From: the human T2T-CHM13v2.0 reference genome, Homo sapiens
Direction: 5' to 3' (one strand)
Length of the DNA: 64,000 nucleotides
Assembly (NCBI RefSeq): GCF_009914755.1
Contig: NC_060948.1
Under the pieces are notes generated by a model. That model did not search any database and was not told where the DNA came from. It worked only from the letters and a program-made list of their open reading frames with translations. Positions 1-15,045 of the stretch are shown here, one piece after another (the first letter of the stretch is position 1; the number at the start of each line of letters is the position of its first letter). The position numbers and the translations under genes were made by a program.

Positions 1-3000
1 GCTGGAAAGATCTCAAATTAACAACCTAACGTCACAACTGGAAGAAGTAAAGAAGCAAGAGCAAACCAACCCCAGAGCTACAAAACGACAAGAAATAACC
101 AAAATAAGGCTGAATTGAAGGAGACTGAGGCTTAAAAATCCATGCACAATCAACAAAACCAAGAGTTGGTTTTTAGAAAATAAATTATAAGACTGACCAC
201 TAGTTAGACTAATAAAGAAGAAAAGAGAGAAGATAAAAATAAACACAATTAGAAAGAATGAAGCCATTACCAGTGACCCCACAGAAATACCAATAACTAT
301 CAGAGACTACCATGAACACCTCTATGCACAAAAACTAGAAAATCTAGAAGAAACAGGTAAACTCCTGGACACATACACCCTTCAAAATCTGAAACAGAAA
401 ACACTGAATCCCTGAATAGGCCAATATAAAGCTCTGAAATTAAAATAGTAATAAATGTACTAACAACCCAAAAAGGCCTAGAACCAGATGGATTCACAGT
501 CAAGTTATACCAGGTATACAAAGAAAATCTGGTACCATTCCTAATGAAACTATTCTTAAGAAAATGAGGAGGGACCCCTCCCTAACTCATTCTATGAGGC
601 CAGCATCATCTCAATATCAATACCGGACAGAGACACACACAAAAATGAAAACTTAAGGCCAATATTCTTGATAAACATAGATGCAAAGATTCTCAACAAA
701 ATATTAGCAAATCAAATCCAGCAGCATATCAAAAAGCTAATCCACCATGATCCAGTAATCTTTATCCCTGAGATGCAATGTTGGTTCAACATACAAAAAT
801 CACTAAATTTAATTCATCACGTAAACAGTGCTAAAGAAAAATACATATGATTTTCTCAGTAGATGCAGAAATGGCTTTCAATAAAATTCAAAATCCCTTC
901 ATGTAAAAAAACGATCAATAAACTATGCATTAAAGAAACATACTTTAAAATAATAACAGCTATCTATGACAAACCCACCGGCAACATCATACTGAATGGC
1001 AAAAGCTGAAAGCATTTTGATTTATAGCCAGCACAAGACAAGGATACCCTCTTTCACCACCACTATTCCACATAGTACAAAAGTCCTGACCAGGCAATCA
1101 GACAAGAAGAAAAACTAAAAGACATCCAAATAGGATGAGAGGAAGTCAAACTATCCCTTTTTGCAGATGACATGATTCTATGTCTTAAAGCACCCCATAG
1201 TCTCTTCACAAAAGCTCTGAGAGCTGATAAACAACTTCAGCAACATTTAAAGATACAAAATAAACATATAGAAATCAGTAGCATTCCCGTACTCCAACAA
1301 CATCCAAGCCAGGAGCCAAATCAGGCACGCAATCACATTCACAATTGCCACAAATTAGATAAAATATCTAGTGATACAGCTAACCAGGGAGGTGAAAGAT
1401 CTCTACAATAAAAATAACAAACCACTGCTCAAAGAAATCAGAGACAACACAAACAAATTTAAAAAAATATATGCTCATGGGTAGGAAGAATTAATATCTT
1501 TAAAATGGCCATACTGCCAAAACCAACTTACAGATTCGAAAGTTATTCTTATCAAACTGCCAATAACATTCTTCACAAAATTAGTAAATGCTATTTTAAA
1601 ATTCATATGAAACAAAAAAGAAGCCTGCATAGCCAAATCAATCTTTAGCAGAAAGAAGAAAGGTGAAGGCATTATGTTACCCAAATTCAAACTATACTAT
1701 AGGGTTAAAGTAACCAAAACAGCATGGTACTGGTAAAACAAAACAAAACAAAAGAAAAAAACAGAAACAGAGAACAATGGAACACAACAGACAGCTCAGC
1801 AATAATGCCACATACCTACAATGATCTCATCTTTGACAAAGGTGACAAAAACATTCAATGGGGAAAGGACTCTCTTCAATAAATAGTGCCGAGATAACTG
1901 GCTAGCCATATGCAGAAGATTGAAACTGGATCCCTTCCTTACACTATACATAAAAATCAACTCAAGATGGATTAAAGAGTTAAATGTAACAGCTAAAATT
2001 ATAAAATCAACATAAGATAACCAAGGAAATACCATTCTGGAAATAGAAACTGGCAAAGATTTCATTACAAAGACACCAAAAGCCATTACAACAAAAGCAA
2101 AAATGGATAAATATGATCTAATTAAACTAATGAGCTTCTGCACAGCAAAAGAAACTATGAACAGAGTAACAGACAACCTACAGAATGGGAGAAAATTTTG
2201 CAAACTCTCATCTGACAAAGGTCTAATATCCAGTATCTAGAAAGAACTTAAATTTATAAGCAAAAACAAACAAACAAACAACAACAACAAAAAACATTAA
2301 AAAGTGGGCAAAGGACATAAACAGACACTTTTCAAAAGAAGACATACATGTGGCCAAGAAGCATATGAACAAAAGCTCAGTATCGCTGATCACTGGAGAA
2401 ATAAAAATCAAAACCACAATGAGATACCATCTCACCCAGTAAGAATGGCTAATCATTAAAAAGACAAAAAATAACAGATGCTGGCAAGGTTGCAGAGAAA
2501 AGGGATCACTTTTACCCTGCTGTTGGGAGTGTGAATTAGTTTAATTATTGTGGAAAAGAGTGTGCTGATTCCTCGAAGACCTAAAAACAGAACTATCATT
2601 TTCCCCATCAAACTCATTACTGGCTATATACCCAAAGGAATATAATACATTGTTCTACCATAAAGACATACGTATGTGTGTGTTCATCGCAGCACTATCC
2701 CCAATATCAAAGACATTTAAGCAACCTAAACGCATGCACATCAACAGTAGACTGGACAGAAAAATGTGGTACCTATAGGCCGTGGAATACTATGCAGCCA
2801 TACAAAGAATGACATAATTTTCTTTTCAGTAGCTTGGGTAGAGCTGGAGACCATTATTCTTAGCAAACTAATGCAGGAATGGAAAATCAAATACCACTTG
2901 TTCTCCCTTATATGTAGGAGCTAAATAATGACAACACATAGAAACCAAGAGGCTAACAGCAGACACTGGAGCCTACTCGAGGGTGGAGGGTGGGAGGAGG

Positions 3001-3180
3001 GAGAGGATCAGAAAAAAAAGATCTATCAGGTACTAGTCTTAGTATCTCGGTGATAAAATAATCTGTACACCAAATCCCCATGACATGTGTTCACCTATAC
3101 AACAAACCTGCAAATGTACCCCTGAACCTAAAATAAAAGTTAAAAGAACAAATACAAATAAGCATAAATAAATAAATAAA
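1..3180 (+). mobile_element. Old primate L1 (L1PA13-16/L1PB-like): ORF2 3' two-thirds, 3' UTR and A-rich tail; runs off the window start
   Basis: ORF 668-850 ([26 protein letters not shown]) is L1 RT sequence, and ORF2 has many frameshifts. The 3' UTR has a G-rich tract (gagggtggagggtgggaggagg) and ends ctgaacctaaaataaaagttaaaa plus (AAAT)n. Confidence 0.95.
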
Positions 3181-3209
3181 TATGTAGGTATGTATGTACA
3201 AATCCCATA

Positions 3210-3380
3210 CAAGGAATTCCTCTTAAGGCGATAGCTGCTGTCTCTCCCCTTGGCAGCCAGCATACTCTCAGAGTATGCTTTCTGTTTACAATAAGCTTCT
3301 CTGCCTACTCTTACTTTGAATTTGCTCTCAAATTGTTTTGTGCGGTTAAATCAAGAACTTGAACTGGCCCACTGACAACA
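3210..3380 (+). mobile_element. 3' (R/U5) remnant of an LTR, probably ERV1 class
   Basis: A caataagc polyA-signal-like motif is followed by ttgctctcaaattgttttgtgcg...caagaacttgaactggcccactgacaaca, ending in CA like MER-type LTR termini. Subfamily not resolved. Confidence 0.5.
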
Positions 3381-4074
3381 ATAGCAGTGATGCATAGTAA
3401 ATTAGCATTTGTTTTACTTGCAATGTGAATCAGACAATAATGCTTTCCTTAGACACAATCATTGCATCATTCATCATTCACAATGGAAATAATGTTTCAT
3501 GAAGTTGTGTTTTGTTGTGGTTAAAGCTCATATTATCATTTCGTGAATCCAAATATTCTATATTTTACTTTTCTTATTTTATTACTCCTTGATTCTTCAC
3601 ATACTGCCGTCTTTAAAAATTGTTAACTAATATTTATGATTGTGTAGTCCTACGGAGCCCAAGAGATTTTCCTCATTGTATTACTTATTTATCTTTTCTT
3701 CCTTTTCCTTTGCGAAAAATGATCTGAAACTATTATTTATCTTTTATGATTAACTTACCAAATATTCTTGCTACTGAACCAGCTTTTTTGTTGTTGTTGT
3801 TTAAAAGTGGGCACGGGGATTTTTCTTAAAAATAATTTTATGACTTAATCCTCTAACAAATATTTTCATTTTAAGTGGATACCCTTTCTAATATATATAA
3901 ATTTTAAAGATCAGCATCTTTGCAAACTTCCTTTTAGTTTAACATACATTTTCCCTTACAAGTTCAATTTTGTATTTTTGTCTTTATTTTATTCCTTTGT
4001 TTTTTTATTCTATGTATTGTCGTCAGGACCAGATAACCTGCTGTCTTCCATCCTCTTAAAAAAAGCAATTAGTC

Positions 4075-4370
4075 GGCCGATCGCAGTGTCTCTTGCCTGT
4101 AATCCCAGCTCTTTGGGAGGCGAAGGCGGGCGGATCACGAGGTCAGGAGATCGAGACCATCCTGGCTAACACGGTGAAACCCCATCTCTACTTAAAAAAC
4201 ATACAAAAAATTAGACGGGCGTGGTGGCGGGCGCCTGTAGTCCCAGCTACTCCGGAAGCTGAGGCAGGAAAATGGCAAGCTCCGGGAAGCGGAGCTTGCA
4301 GTGAGCCGAGATCGCCACTCCAGCCTGGCCGACAGAGCGAGACTCCATCTTAAAAAAAAGAAAAAAAAAA
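4075..4370 (+). mobile_element. AluY with TSD
   Basis: Has the Y-type sequences gatcgagaccatcctggctaacacggtgaaaccc and gcggagcttgcagtgagccgagatcgc, and an A tail. TSD aaagcaattagt at 4062-4073 and 4371-4382. Confidence 0.95.
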
Positions 4371-5439
4371 AAAGCAATTAGTTCTGATTTAGTGTTTTCA
4401 TCCTTCTTTATAATTATAATCTGCATTGCTTTTCTTATTTATTATTTTCTAACTCCCATGTATAGTCACTATATATAACTATATAATTGTTGTTTCCTTA
4501 TAGATTCAGTTATGTCCAAAGCTATCACTTTTCTACATTTTTTTTTTTTGCAATTTCAGTGTGAAATCAAATGTTCCAGCTTTTCTGTGAATCCCCATAT
4601 TTCTTTTAGATAAGCTAAATCTCTGAGATTTGAGCCCACTGAAATATATTCTGATTTGATCCTTCTGTTTTAGCAGGTTATATGCTATGTTCCTTTATTC
4701 TTTTCCAATATCTTTGCTTGACATTAGTCTTAATAAAATATTTATGTACCAGGCATCTCCAAAGTTTCTTTCTTTATTTGTTAATATATTTGCTTTTGTA
4801 ATTTTGATCCAATATTTTTTCAGAGGGGATGTAAGACGGCTTACATAAATACATGCAATTCACACATCATTCATTTGCATGTTCTCACAACCTCTAGGAG
4901 AAAATATGAAAACTGCCTTTCTGCTACATACTGTACTAGTGCTGGGACATTTGAATATTGTAATGATAAGAACCAGAATTTATTATAACAATAAGAACAG
5001 AAAAGGCAGAGGGAGGAAGATAAATCAAAATGGCTTAATTTACTTTATTCTATATTATTTTAATAGGGATAGTGTATAAATTATCAACTTAAAAATATCT
5101 TTCATTTTTTAAAAAAAAATTTGCCTGGAAGTTTTCAGTAAGTTATCTTTTGGTCAAATTATCCTCTTGAGACTATTTTTGGGCACCCATCAAGCTTACT
5201 TAACCAAAAGTTTCCATGCTTATTTTAATCTTAGAGCTGTACATTGAATATTCAAACTATACTCCTGTCTGAAACCTTTATTGCATTCTTAAAATGCATG
5301 TTTATCCTTTTCTTCTTCACATACTGAAATAAAATAAGCAACAAAAATGATTGCAATAATTTGCCAAAAGTGTTTAAATAAGGAAAATATGATCTATTCA
5401 GATAGATGTCTTGTGCTTTTTTAAAATTATGAAACAACC

Positions 5440-6450
5440 TGAAGCTTAAAGAAAATTTGCAAGTATAGTACAAATAACTTTTTCTATAATCTATTTGAGA
5501 GTGAAATGCTGACTGATGATGCCCCATGAACCCCAGCTCTTGTTTTGTGCAGATTTCCTATCAACAAGGACAATGGATCACAGTACAACTATCAACATTG
5601 GGAAATTAACCTAAACACAATCCTAACAGCTAATCATCAGACCCCATTGAAGTTGTGTCAAATGTCCAAATAACACCCTTTCTAGTGAAATGATTCGTTT
5701 CAGAATATACACATTCACTTTATTTATCATATTTCCTTATTCTCCTTCTTTGGTTTTCATGATCTTGGCACTATGGAAAAGTACAGACAAGTTACATTGT
5801 AGTTTGTCTCTCGATTTGGGTTTATTTGATGGTTTCTTATAATTTGATTCAGGCCATGTATCTTTTGTAGCATTATCCTGGGAGAAATATTGTTTTCTTT
5901 TTACTGTGATCAATGAGGTGGCATGCCATTTTAATTAGTTTTATCACTAATGATGTTTATTTTGATCATTTAATAGAGTATTCACAAGACTTCTCCACTG
6001 TAAACTTTGTGTTTTTACCTCTTTGTAATCATAAAGTATTTTAATAATTTAATGGATGTAAATATCCCATTCTTTATCTAATGTTTGATTTATTCTTTAT
6101 TAATTTATATAGTTATGGTTTCATAATTTTGTAATTTATTTAGTGGGTTATAATATGCTACAATAATTATTTATTTTAATGCTCAAATTGTCTGATTCAG
6201 CAGTAGGAGACCCTTTAAACTGCCTCCAATATCCTTTTGATACATCCCCATCATTTCTTAAGCATGTCCTTCTTTACCAGAATCAGAATATGTATGAGGA
6301 TTTTCTTGTGCTCTCCGTGCCCCAGATCTAGAATTATCCTTGCTCCAAGAAATTCTGTTTCTTTTTAGAGGAAAATGGTGTTTTGAAACTGATATCTGGA
6401 TGCTAATTCAATCCCAAACCTCACCACCACAGGGTTCAGTCTAATATTAT
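5440..6450 (-). mobile_element. Ancient L1MC4/5-like 3' region
   Basis: Diverged matches to remembered antisense L1MC 3' sequence: ttgagagtgaaatgctgac...gatgcccc, cagtacaactatcaacattgggaaattaac, ggaaaatggtgttttgaaactgatatctggatgcta. Confidence 0.7.
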
Positions 6451-7184
6451 CTCTTTTCTTATTTCTAATTCTCTTTTTCAGCAAGGAGAAATAAGGGTCA
6501 TGTAAATATATTTACTTACCTAGTTACTCCTCCTCTGTGTAACCAATCCCCTGTGGCTACCACTGTCATCTTTCTCACTAACTAATTGCTCTATTAATAC
6601 TCCTGTCGATTTTCGGCTCTTGAAGCAAATATGAGGATAAACTCAAATATCTTGTTTTTAAATTTCCATGCTGACTCATTTTTAATAACTTCTTACACAG
6701 AAACTTTTCAAATATTCTTAATATCTGAAGAAACCACACTTTCTCTTTTCTGCTCGTTCATATTTTATCTCTCTAAGAAAATATAAGGGAGTTTATTACA
6801 CTAGCTGGAATATTCACTAGCTAGATCTCTATTATATGGAAATTATATTATTCAGAACTCACAGGATCCTTTCTTGAAGAATAACTTGGGACTTTTCCAG
6901 TCCATAGCATTTTGTATATGTTCATGTAACATATTTGTAGCAAATTTTTCCTGCTTTTGCACTGGGATATTTTCATACGTTTTTGTTGATATTATATATT
7001 CCAAGGTGTTATCTATTCCAATGGAAACATGAGGTTTCTCAATTTTTAAGATCATCTTATGTATGGAACACTCTTTGATTTAGTTTTTTCTAGACTATGG
7101 CACGTGGAGCTTACTATTTCTAAAAGTAACCATTCTCTAGGTTAAATAAGGGGTATATAATTTAGGGATTTTTCCAGAGATTAT

Positions 7185-8000
7185 TTACCAATTACAAAGG
7201 GGAGGAAGAGATTCCATTACAGTGGGAGAAATATAATAGACACAACTGCAATGAAGTGGTAAAAGTTAATCAGTATTAAAATCAGTATTAGAACAAATTG
7301 ACATCCTGTGCCTCATGATGTGATGCCATGAGGAAAATATACATGACTTCTCTGAGGTTCTGGCTAAAAACACACAAGCTCACTCTAATCATGAGAAAAC
7401 AATCAGACAAATCAAAAGTGAGAGCAATTTACAAAACAGCTCTGAATTTTTTAAAAATGTTAATGCCATGAGAAAGAAAATGTTTGGAGAAGTCTTCTAA
7501 ATTAACAGAGACAAAAGAAAGCATGACAACTAAATGCAATGCTCAATCCTGAATTGACTCATGAATTAAAAAAATCATATTTTAAATATATTATTGGGAA
7601 AAATCAGTGAAATTTTTATAAACTGTCGAGTTGCCAATACCTTATACTATGTTTAAATTTTCTTTATTTGAAATTGTATAATAGTTATGTAAAACAATAT
7701 CCTTGCTCTTAGAAGACAGATGCTAGCAGTATTAGGGATAAAGTGTCATGAAAGTTGCAAATTACTCTCAATGGCTTGAGAAAAAATAATTATATAAGTT
7801 ATATATACTTTCATATATAATATATTAATTATATATACTTACATATATTTATATATTTAAGCCCACACAGAGTCACAAATACATGCATGCACAAATATAC
7901 AAAGGAGAAAGAAAGAAATCAAGCAAAATGGTGAAACTGGGTGAAAGATGTACACTTTCTACATTTTTTCTGTGGCTTAAAAATGTATTAAATAAAATTT
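7185..8000 (+). mobile_element. Ancient L1ME/L1MC-like 3' end
   Basis: ctaatcatgagaaaacaatcagacaaatcaaaagtgagagcaatttacaaaac and catgacaactaaatgcaatg motifs; ends in an A-rich tail. Confidence 0.7.
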
Positions 8001-8087
8001 AAAAAAAAAGAAAAAATGAAAAAATATATTCTGTTTTATTCAAAAACCCTGTAAAAATCCATTTTTATTTGTTTTTAATCACCTTTA

Positions 8088-8855
8088 TCTGTTGGTGGGA
8101 ATTACAGTTAGTACAATCACTGTGGAGAACAGTGTGGAGGTTAAGCAGAAAACTAAAAAGAGCTGCCATACAATCCAGCAATCCCACTCCTAGGTATATA
8201 CTCAAAAGAAAGGAAATCAGTATGTTGAGGAGATATCTGGGCTCTCACATTTATTCCAGCATGATTTACAATAGCCAAGATTTGGAAGCAACCTATATCC
8301 ATCAACAGATGAATGAATAAAGAAAATGCGTTATGTATACACAATGAAGTGCTATTTAGCCATTACAAAAAAATGAGATCCTGTCATTTGCAATAGCATG
8401 GATGGAACTGGAGGTCATTATGCTAAGTGAAATAAGCCAGGCACAGAAAGACAAATATTACATGTTTTCACTTATTTGTGGGATCTAAAACTCAAAACAA
8501 TCGAACTCATGGAGATACAGAGTAGAAAGATGATTACTAGAAGCTATGAAGGGTAGTGGGAGGGTGGAGGATAAGTGAGAATGATTAACGGATACAAAAA
8601 TAGTTAGAAATAATAAATAAGTCCTAGTATTTGGTAGCATAACACGGTGAATATGGTAAAAAATTAATTGTACATTTTAAAATAACTAAGAGTATAATTA
8701 GATTTTTTGTAACACAAAGGATAAATGCTTGAGTTGATGAATATTCCATTTTCTCTGGTGTAATTATTATGCATTGTATGCCTGTATCATATCTCATGTA
8801 TCCCATAAATATATATATCTACTATGTATCCACAAAAATTAAACACATAAATAAA
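8088..8855 (+). mobile_element. L1MA2/3-like 3' end (5'-truncated)
   Basis: End of ORF2 (atccagcaatcccactcctaggtatatac), then an L1MA 3' UTR: ggataaatgcttgag...catgtatcccataaatatatatatctactatgtatccacaaaaattaaa. Confidence 0.9.
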
Positions 8856-9056
8856 ATACTTTCTTATATCCACCCTAAATTTTATAAGTGACATCTGAAA
8901 CTTCTTTCTTCTTCTTCTTTCTTTGATCAATGTGTGTACTAGCTAGTTATAATTCTCTGAATAATTTTTACATGCCTAATGACATAAATTACTTCTTTGC
9001 TTCCATTTCAGAATCTTCACATGTTTTAAGCTATAAGATGCATAACTAACAACTAA

Positions 9057-9392
9057 ACTGAAAATCATATAAACATAAATATACATTGGAGCAATATTAA
9101 TATTTTTAATTTTAAAAATTGAAAATATAAACTTATAATCATATTACATTAAGAAACTCTAAGGACTAAATTTCCTCTTTCCTATCCTCAGAATATGAAT
9201 TAGTTTTAAAATTAAATACTGAAAATCATATAAACATAAATATACATCGGAGCAATATTTTTTTAATTTAATATTTTTAATTTTAAAAATTGAAAATATA
9301 AATTTATAATCATATTACATTAAGACCTCTAAGGACTAAATTTCCTCTTTCCTATCCTCAGAATATGAATTAGTTTTAAAATTAAATACTGA
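9057..9392. repeat. Tandem duplication, units of 161 bp and 170 bp
   Basis: 9057-9217 and 9218-9387 are nearly identical, with actga at all three boundaries. Confidence 0.95.
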
Positions 9393-9623
9393 TTTGAAAA
9401 AACATGCTTTGAAAGAAGAATTAGAATAAATAGAGAAAACAGTGACAATTTTCTCATTACAGGTAATAAACTTGATATTTTTTGTTTTTTAGTCTACGTA
9501 CTATTTGAAGATCTGAAGATTATATTAGCCATCTTGGCAGATATTAAATGAATAACGCAAATACTAGCTTCTTAGTTCAGCTTTGTTTCTTTAAGGAAAA
9601 CAAGGTTCTTAGACATCTTAAAC

Positions 9624-9924
<301 letters not shown>

Positions 9925-11880
9925 AGACATCTTAAACTTTTATAAAAAAAAATTTGTTTGTGTTTTTGTGTGTGTTTGTGTGTATGTATGTTGAGGATGA
10001 GGCTCTCTTTCAGACTTCCATATATACTTTCTTCTATTTAGCTTTTAAAAACATATTTGTACATTTAATTTATCTGCTATTATATCTAAGTATGTTAATT
10101 TATATTTTATGTAAATGATAGTGTTTTTCATTTTATTATTATTCATTTTATTTTGTATGTCATTTCAGAGGTCAGTCTTATTTGGAAAAAATACATTACT
10201 AATGTTTAGGATCACTCTGAATTCTAGTTCAGCTTTTGGGGGTTTTAGCAATCATTTGGAGCTATTCTTTGTGTACCATGACTGTTCAGTGACTATTTAT
10301 TGAACACCCCAAAATTACAGTGTTATATGGTATGGAAGTTATAGAACAAAGAAGATATGAAGCTTCAAAGAATTTGCCCTCCGTTTACCCAAGTATCCTC
10401 TGAGAAAAAAACAATTTAGCTGCACAATATAGACCAGACATTTTAGTGTACTATTAATATATGTTCATTATAAAAATTTAATACGGAAAAACATAATGAA
10501 GAAAACAAAAATCCCCCTAACTTCTAGCACCTAGAGTAACTACTAAAAACACTTTGGAAAATATAGTTCTAAATATCAATTGATATTAATCTCTCTCTCT
10601 CTTTCTCCGTCCCTATCTATCTACATATTTTCTTCCTCTACAGAGATACCCAAGTGCAATTTTATATTAATAGCTTCACACTACACAAACTGTCATGCAT
10701 TTTGCCTTTAAGCATTAAATTATTTTTGGTATATAACTTAGATATCAGTAACACAAATCTATTTTATTATTTTTAAAGCCTATAGTTTTCATAGCTATAC
10801 AGATATATATATATATTCTAAATCTCTTTTCAATGATTACCAATAGATGCTTAGGCTCTTATCTTTTTTCTATTATTTTTTTCTGTGGCCATTTTTGGCA
10901 TATAGATATTTTCATATGTGATCAATGACCACTAATATAAATTCCTTGAAGAGTATTGCTTGCTCAAATCTAACCCAATTTTAAATACTATTATACTAAA
11001 ATGTTTTCGGGTATATAAATTTACGCTTCACATTTCTTGACCGACACTAATTATTTCTATTTTTCTTTAGTCTTTGACAACATGCCATGCCATTTTACAT
11101 TTCTATTATTCACATTCTCATTTAAAAAGCCCTTTTAATGTCAAGGTATTTTTTGATAACTGGCTGATTAATATGGCCAGTTATGTTGTTTTGTCCTTTG
11201 ATATATTCTCAATCATATTTGTTAAATTATACATTTTCTGGCTGGTAAGATTTATTTACACGTCTCTTAATGTATTCTAGACCATATTTGCATTAATATT
11301 TTTGAGATTTTATGTGGCTTATTTTCTCATTTTTTGCTTTCATCATCAAGGTTTTTTTATACAGAATTAAAGTAAAATAGGATGAGAAGATGTCATTCAA
11401 CTATGTGTTGTGGAATAGTTTAAATAGCATAGACATTATCTATTCCTTAGTAATTTTAAGAATAGTCTTATGTTAACATCTGGGTCTACCCTGTATTTGT
11501 GGGGTAAAGTGACATATTGTCAATGTGTTTATTCTTTTCCATTTAGTTTATTTTTTCTCTTTTTTGCTCTAAGTGGTTTAATTCATTAATTCACAGTGTT
11601 GTTCGAATGAATAATTTAAATTTCCACTATTTCTGTATTTATACATTGTTCTCATATTTTTTTATTTGTATCTTAGGACATTAAGAGATTATATGTTGTG
11701 TATTTTAATAAAGCATTTCTCTCTTTTATAATTTTATTTATTTTCTATTTTCTAATTCATTAATGTCTTCCTACTTCTCTCCTTAATTATGAATTGATTT
11801 TTTTTTAAATTTCTTGCATTAGTTTCATCATGCATTTATTCTGTTTTGGGGGGAATATCATTTATAAGGTTATGAATTTA

Positions 11881-12363
<483 letters not shown>

Positions 12364-12597
12364 CTATGTCTTTCGTGAAAGTGGAAGTGGTGTATTACCG
12401 GTATCAGGTTTGTAAGAGATGGGCTATCTCCATGCTGATATTCTTCATTCACAGTTTTGATGTCATTCTTAATCTAATTATTAAAATAAAGTTGATTTTT
12501 GTGATAGAGTATTTTCAGACTCAGTTCACGACCTCTGCCTCACACCCTCTTTGCTGCCGCAGTGATTGTGGACATTTTTTCTCAAGTTTTAAACACT

Positions 12598-12732
12598 TTT
12601 TTTCTTTTCTTTCTTACCTTTCCTTTTCTTTTTCCCTCCCTCCCTCCCTCCCTGTCTTCCTTCATTCCTTCCCTCCTTTTCTCCCTCACTCTCTCCTAAT
12701 ATCCCTCTCTACTTCCTTCCTTTCTTTCCTTC
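12598..12732. repeat. Polypyrimidine low-complexity tract (TTCC/TCCC)n
   Basis: Visible directly in the sequence. Confidence 0.85.
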
Positions 12733-13069
12733 ATAAAGTGGTATGACATGGGCCTTGATCAATGAGGAACAATATTGGTTCAAACAGAAATGACATTGGC
12801 TGCAAATATTTGGTACTGGTTGACCAATGCACGCAAGCTTAAATTTATGGTTATTTTTGCTCCCCACATGATTTCTTCATTCATTTACACTTCATTTGTC
12901 CAGGACGTGTGTAAAAGTTTCTTTAAACTGTTTTTTTATTTATTGCCTTACACATCTGTATATTTAAGTTTCTTTTGGATTCTGGAAAATTCGCAACCAG
13001 TATTGCTTTTAATATTTCTTCTCCATTTTTTTTTTCTATTATCTTCTACTGTTACTCTCTTTAGATTTA

Positions 13070-13417
13070 CAGTCATGGGCCACATAACAGTATTTCAGCC
13101 AATGATGGACCTCATATGCAAAGGTGGTCCCATAAAATCATAATACCATATTTTTACTGTAACTTTCATATGTTTAGATATGTTTAGAAACACAAATACT
13201 TCTTACCAATGTTTTCCAATTGCCTATAGTATTCAGTAGAGTAACACACTGTTCAGGTCTGTAGTCTAGGACAATAGGCCATACCATGTAGGCTAGTTAT
13301 ACACTAGACTATATAACATCTAGGTTTATGTAAGTACAATAATGTTTGCACAATGATGAAATCTCCTAATGATGCATTTCTCAGAGTGTATCCCTATCAT
13401 TAAATGACACGTAATTG
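13070..13417 (+). mobile_element. Tigger3a (MER7A/Golem) non-autonomous DNA transposon
   Basis: Degenerate TIRs (cagtcatgggccacataac ... attaaatgacacgtaattg) with TA on both sides; internal ggtggtcccataa...cagtagagtaac sequence. Confidence 0.9.
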
Positions 13418-13425
13418 TACATTGA

Positions 13426-13810
<385 letters not shown>

Positions 13811-14234
13811 AAGATATATATCTAAAGATATCTATCTATCTAGATATTTAATCTACTAATCTATCTAGATATTTAATCTATCTAGATAATTAAATGTCTA
13901 TCTATTTAATTATTAGTAGATAATTAATATCTACTAATATTTAAACCATCAATTGATATTTTATTTTTTTCCACAGAGATCTTATCCCAATCAGAATACT
14001 TTTCATTTCTAGAAATTCTATTGTTTTCCCAATTTTTCTGCCCTTGTTGGTCTCTTTTTCCTTGTTCATTTTTTTATTTCATCATTCATTCATTTATTTT
14101 ATTAGCTTTTTCAAACATAGCTAGGTTATGTTCTGTATGTGATATTACTTAAATCTGAAGTTTTTGGTCATCTAAATATGTTTTTCTTTCTTTGTGTGGT
14201 TATTTCAGATAACTAGTTCTTTGATTTATTTGTT

Positions 14235-14350
14235 TTTTTTGTATTTTTAGTAGAGATGGGGTTTTGCCATGTTGGCCAGGGTGGTCTTGAACTCCTGACC
14301 TCAGGTGATCCACCCTCTGGGATTACAGGCATGAGCCATTGTGCCTGGCC
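14235..14350 (-). mobile_element. Alu left-arm fragment with an internal deletion
   Basis: gtatttttagtagagatgggg...gatccaccctctgggattacaggcatgagccattgtgcctggcc. Confidence 0.85.
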
Positions 14351-14955
14351 CTGTATTTTCTTATATAGTTCATACATTCCTATTCTAGTTTCAGATGGGC
14401 TTTCATGTCCCTCCTTGTAGAGATTTTTCTAATATATAAGGAGCTCAGAAATAAAGTACATACCAGTGATCATTCACCCAGGATGTGCTTCATTTTTAGT
14501 TGCAGAGACTTTTAGAATATCTTATATTCCATGCTGCTTGAAAAATATTTGCTCTTTGAAATAAATAGAACATTTAAAAAAGGCCAGATGTGCAAATATA
14601 GACCAAACCTCTTCCTTTCAAACATTAAAAATTCCCAAAGTATTTCATGAATATTCTTATAACCATATGGCAAAATGCTGAATACTCAAATATGCACATG
14701 TAGAAAGATGTGACAACAATGTGTTGGCTAAAGTGAAACTGATAGTTTATGATGGAGTCTAAAGCTCAAACTTTCTTTAATGTCTTTATTATTAAATATT
14801 TTCATTTCCAAAAATTCTCTTAAAATATCCAGTTGTCTATTCCATTATATAAGACATAAATAAAATTGTTGAATGATATTAATCCTTAGTGTGATTCTGG
14901 TGGAAATGGATTCCATAGAGTCTTTTTAGTTAATGAATTAAGAACAACCATCATA

Positions 14956-15045
14956 CTCAAATATGTTTTCCAAATTTTTAGACTTCTTTTCTTCCTTGGG
15001 AACACCAAATATTCTTGGGTTTGGTCATTTAACATAATCCCAAAT
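14956..15045 (-). mobile_element. 90-bp ORF1 fragment of a different, older L1 (L1PB/L1M1-like)
   Basis: The minus strand translates IWDYVK*PNPRIFGVPKEEKKSKNLENIFE, an ORF1p RRM-start motif. It differs from the L1PA version in this window (IWDYVQRPNLCLIGVPESDRENGSKLENTL). Confidence 0.8.

Noticed and set aside
14702-14711. agaaagatgt matching the 5' flank of the minus L1 (18447-18456) as a possible TSD
   Set aside because: Only 10 bp, about 330 bp from the L1 end, with no adjacent poly-T; probably coincidence.
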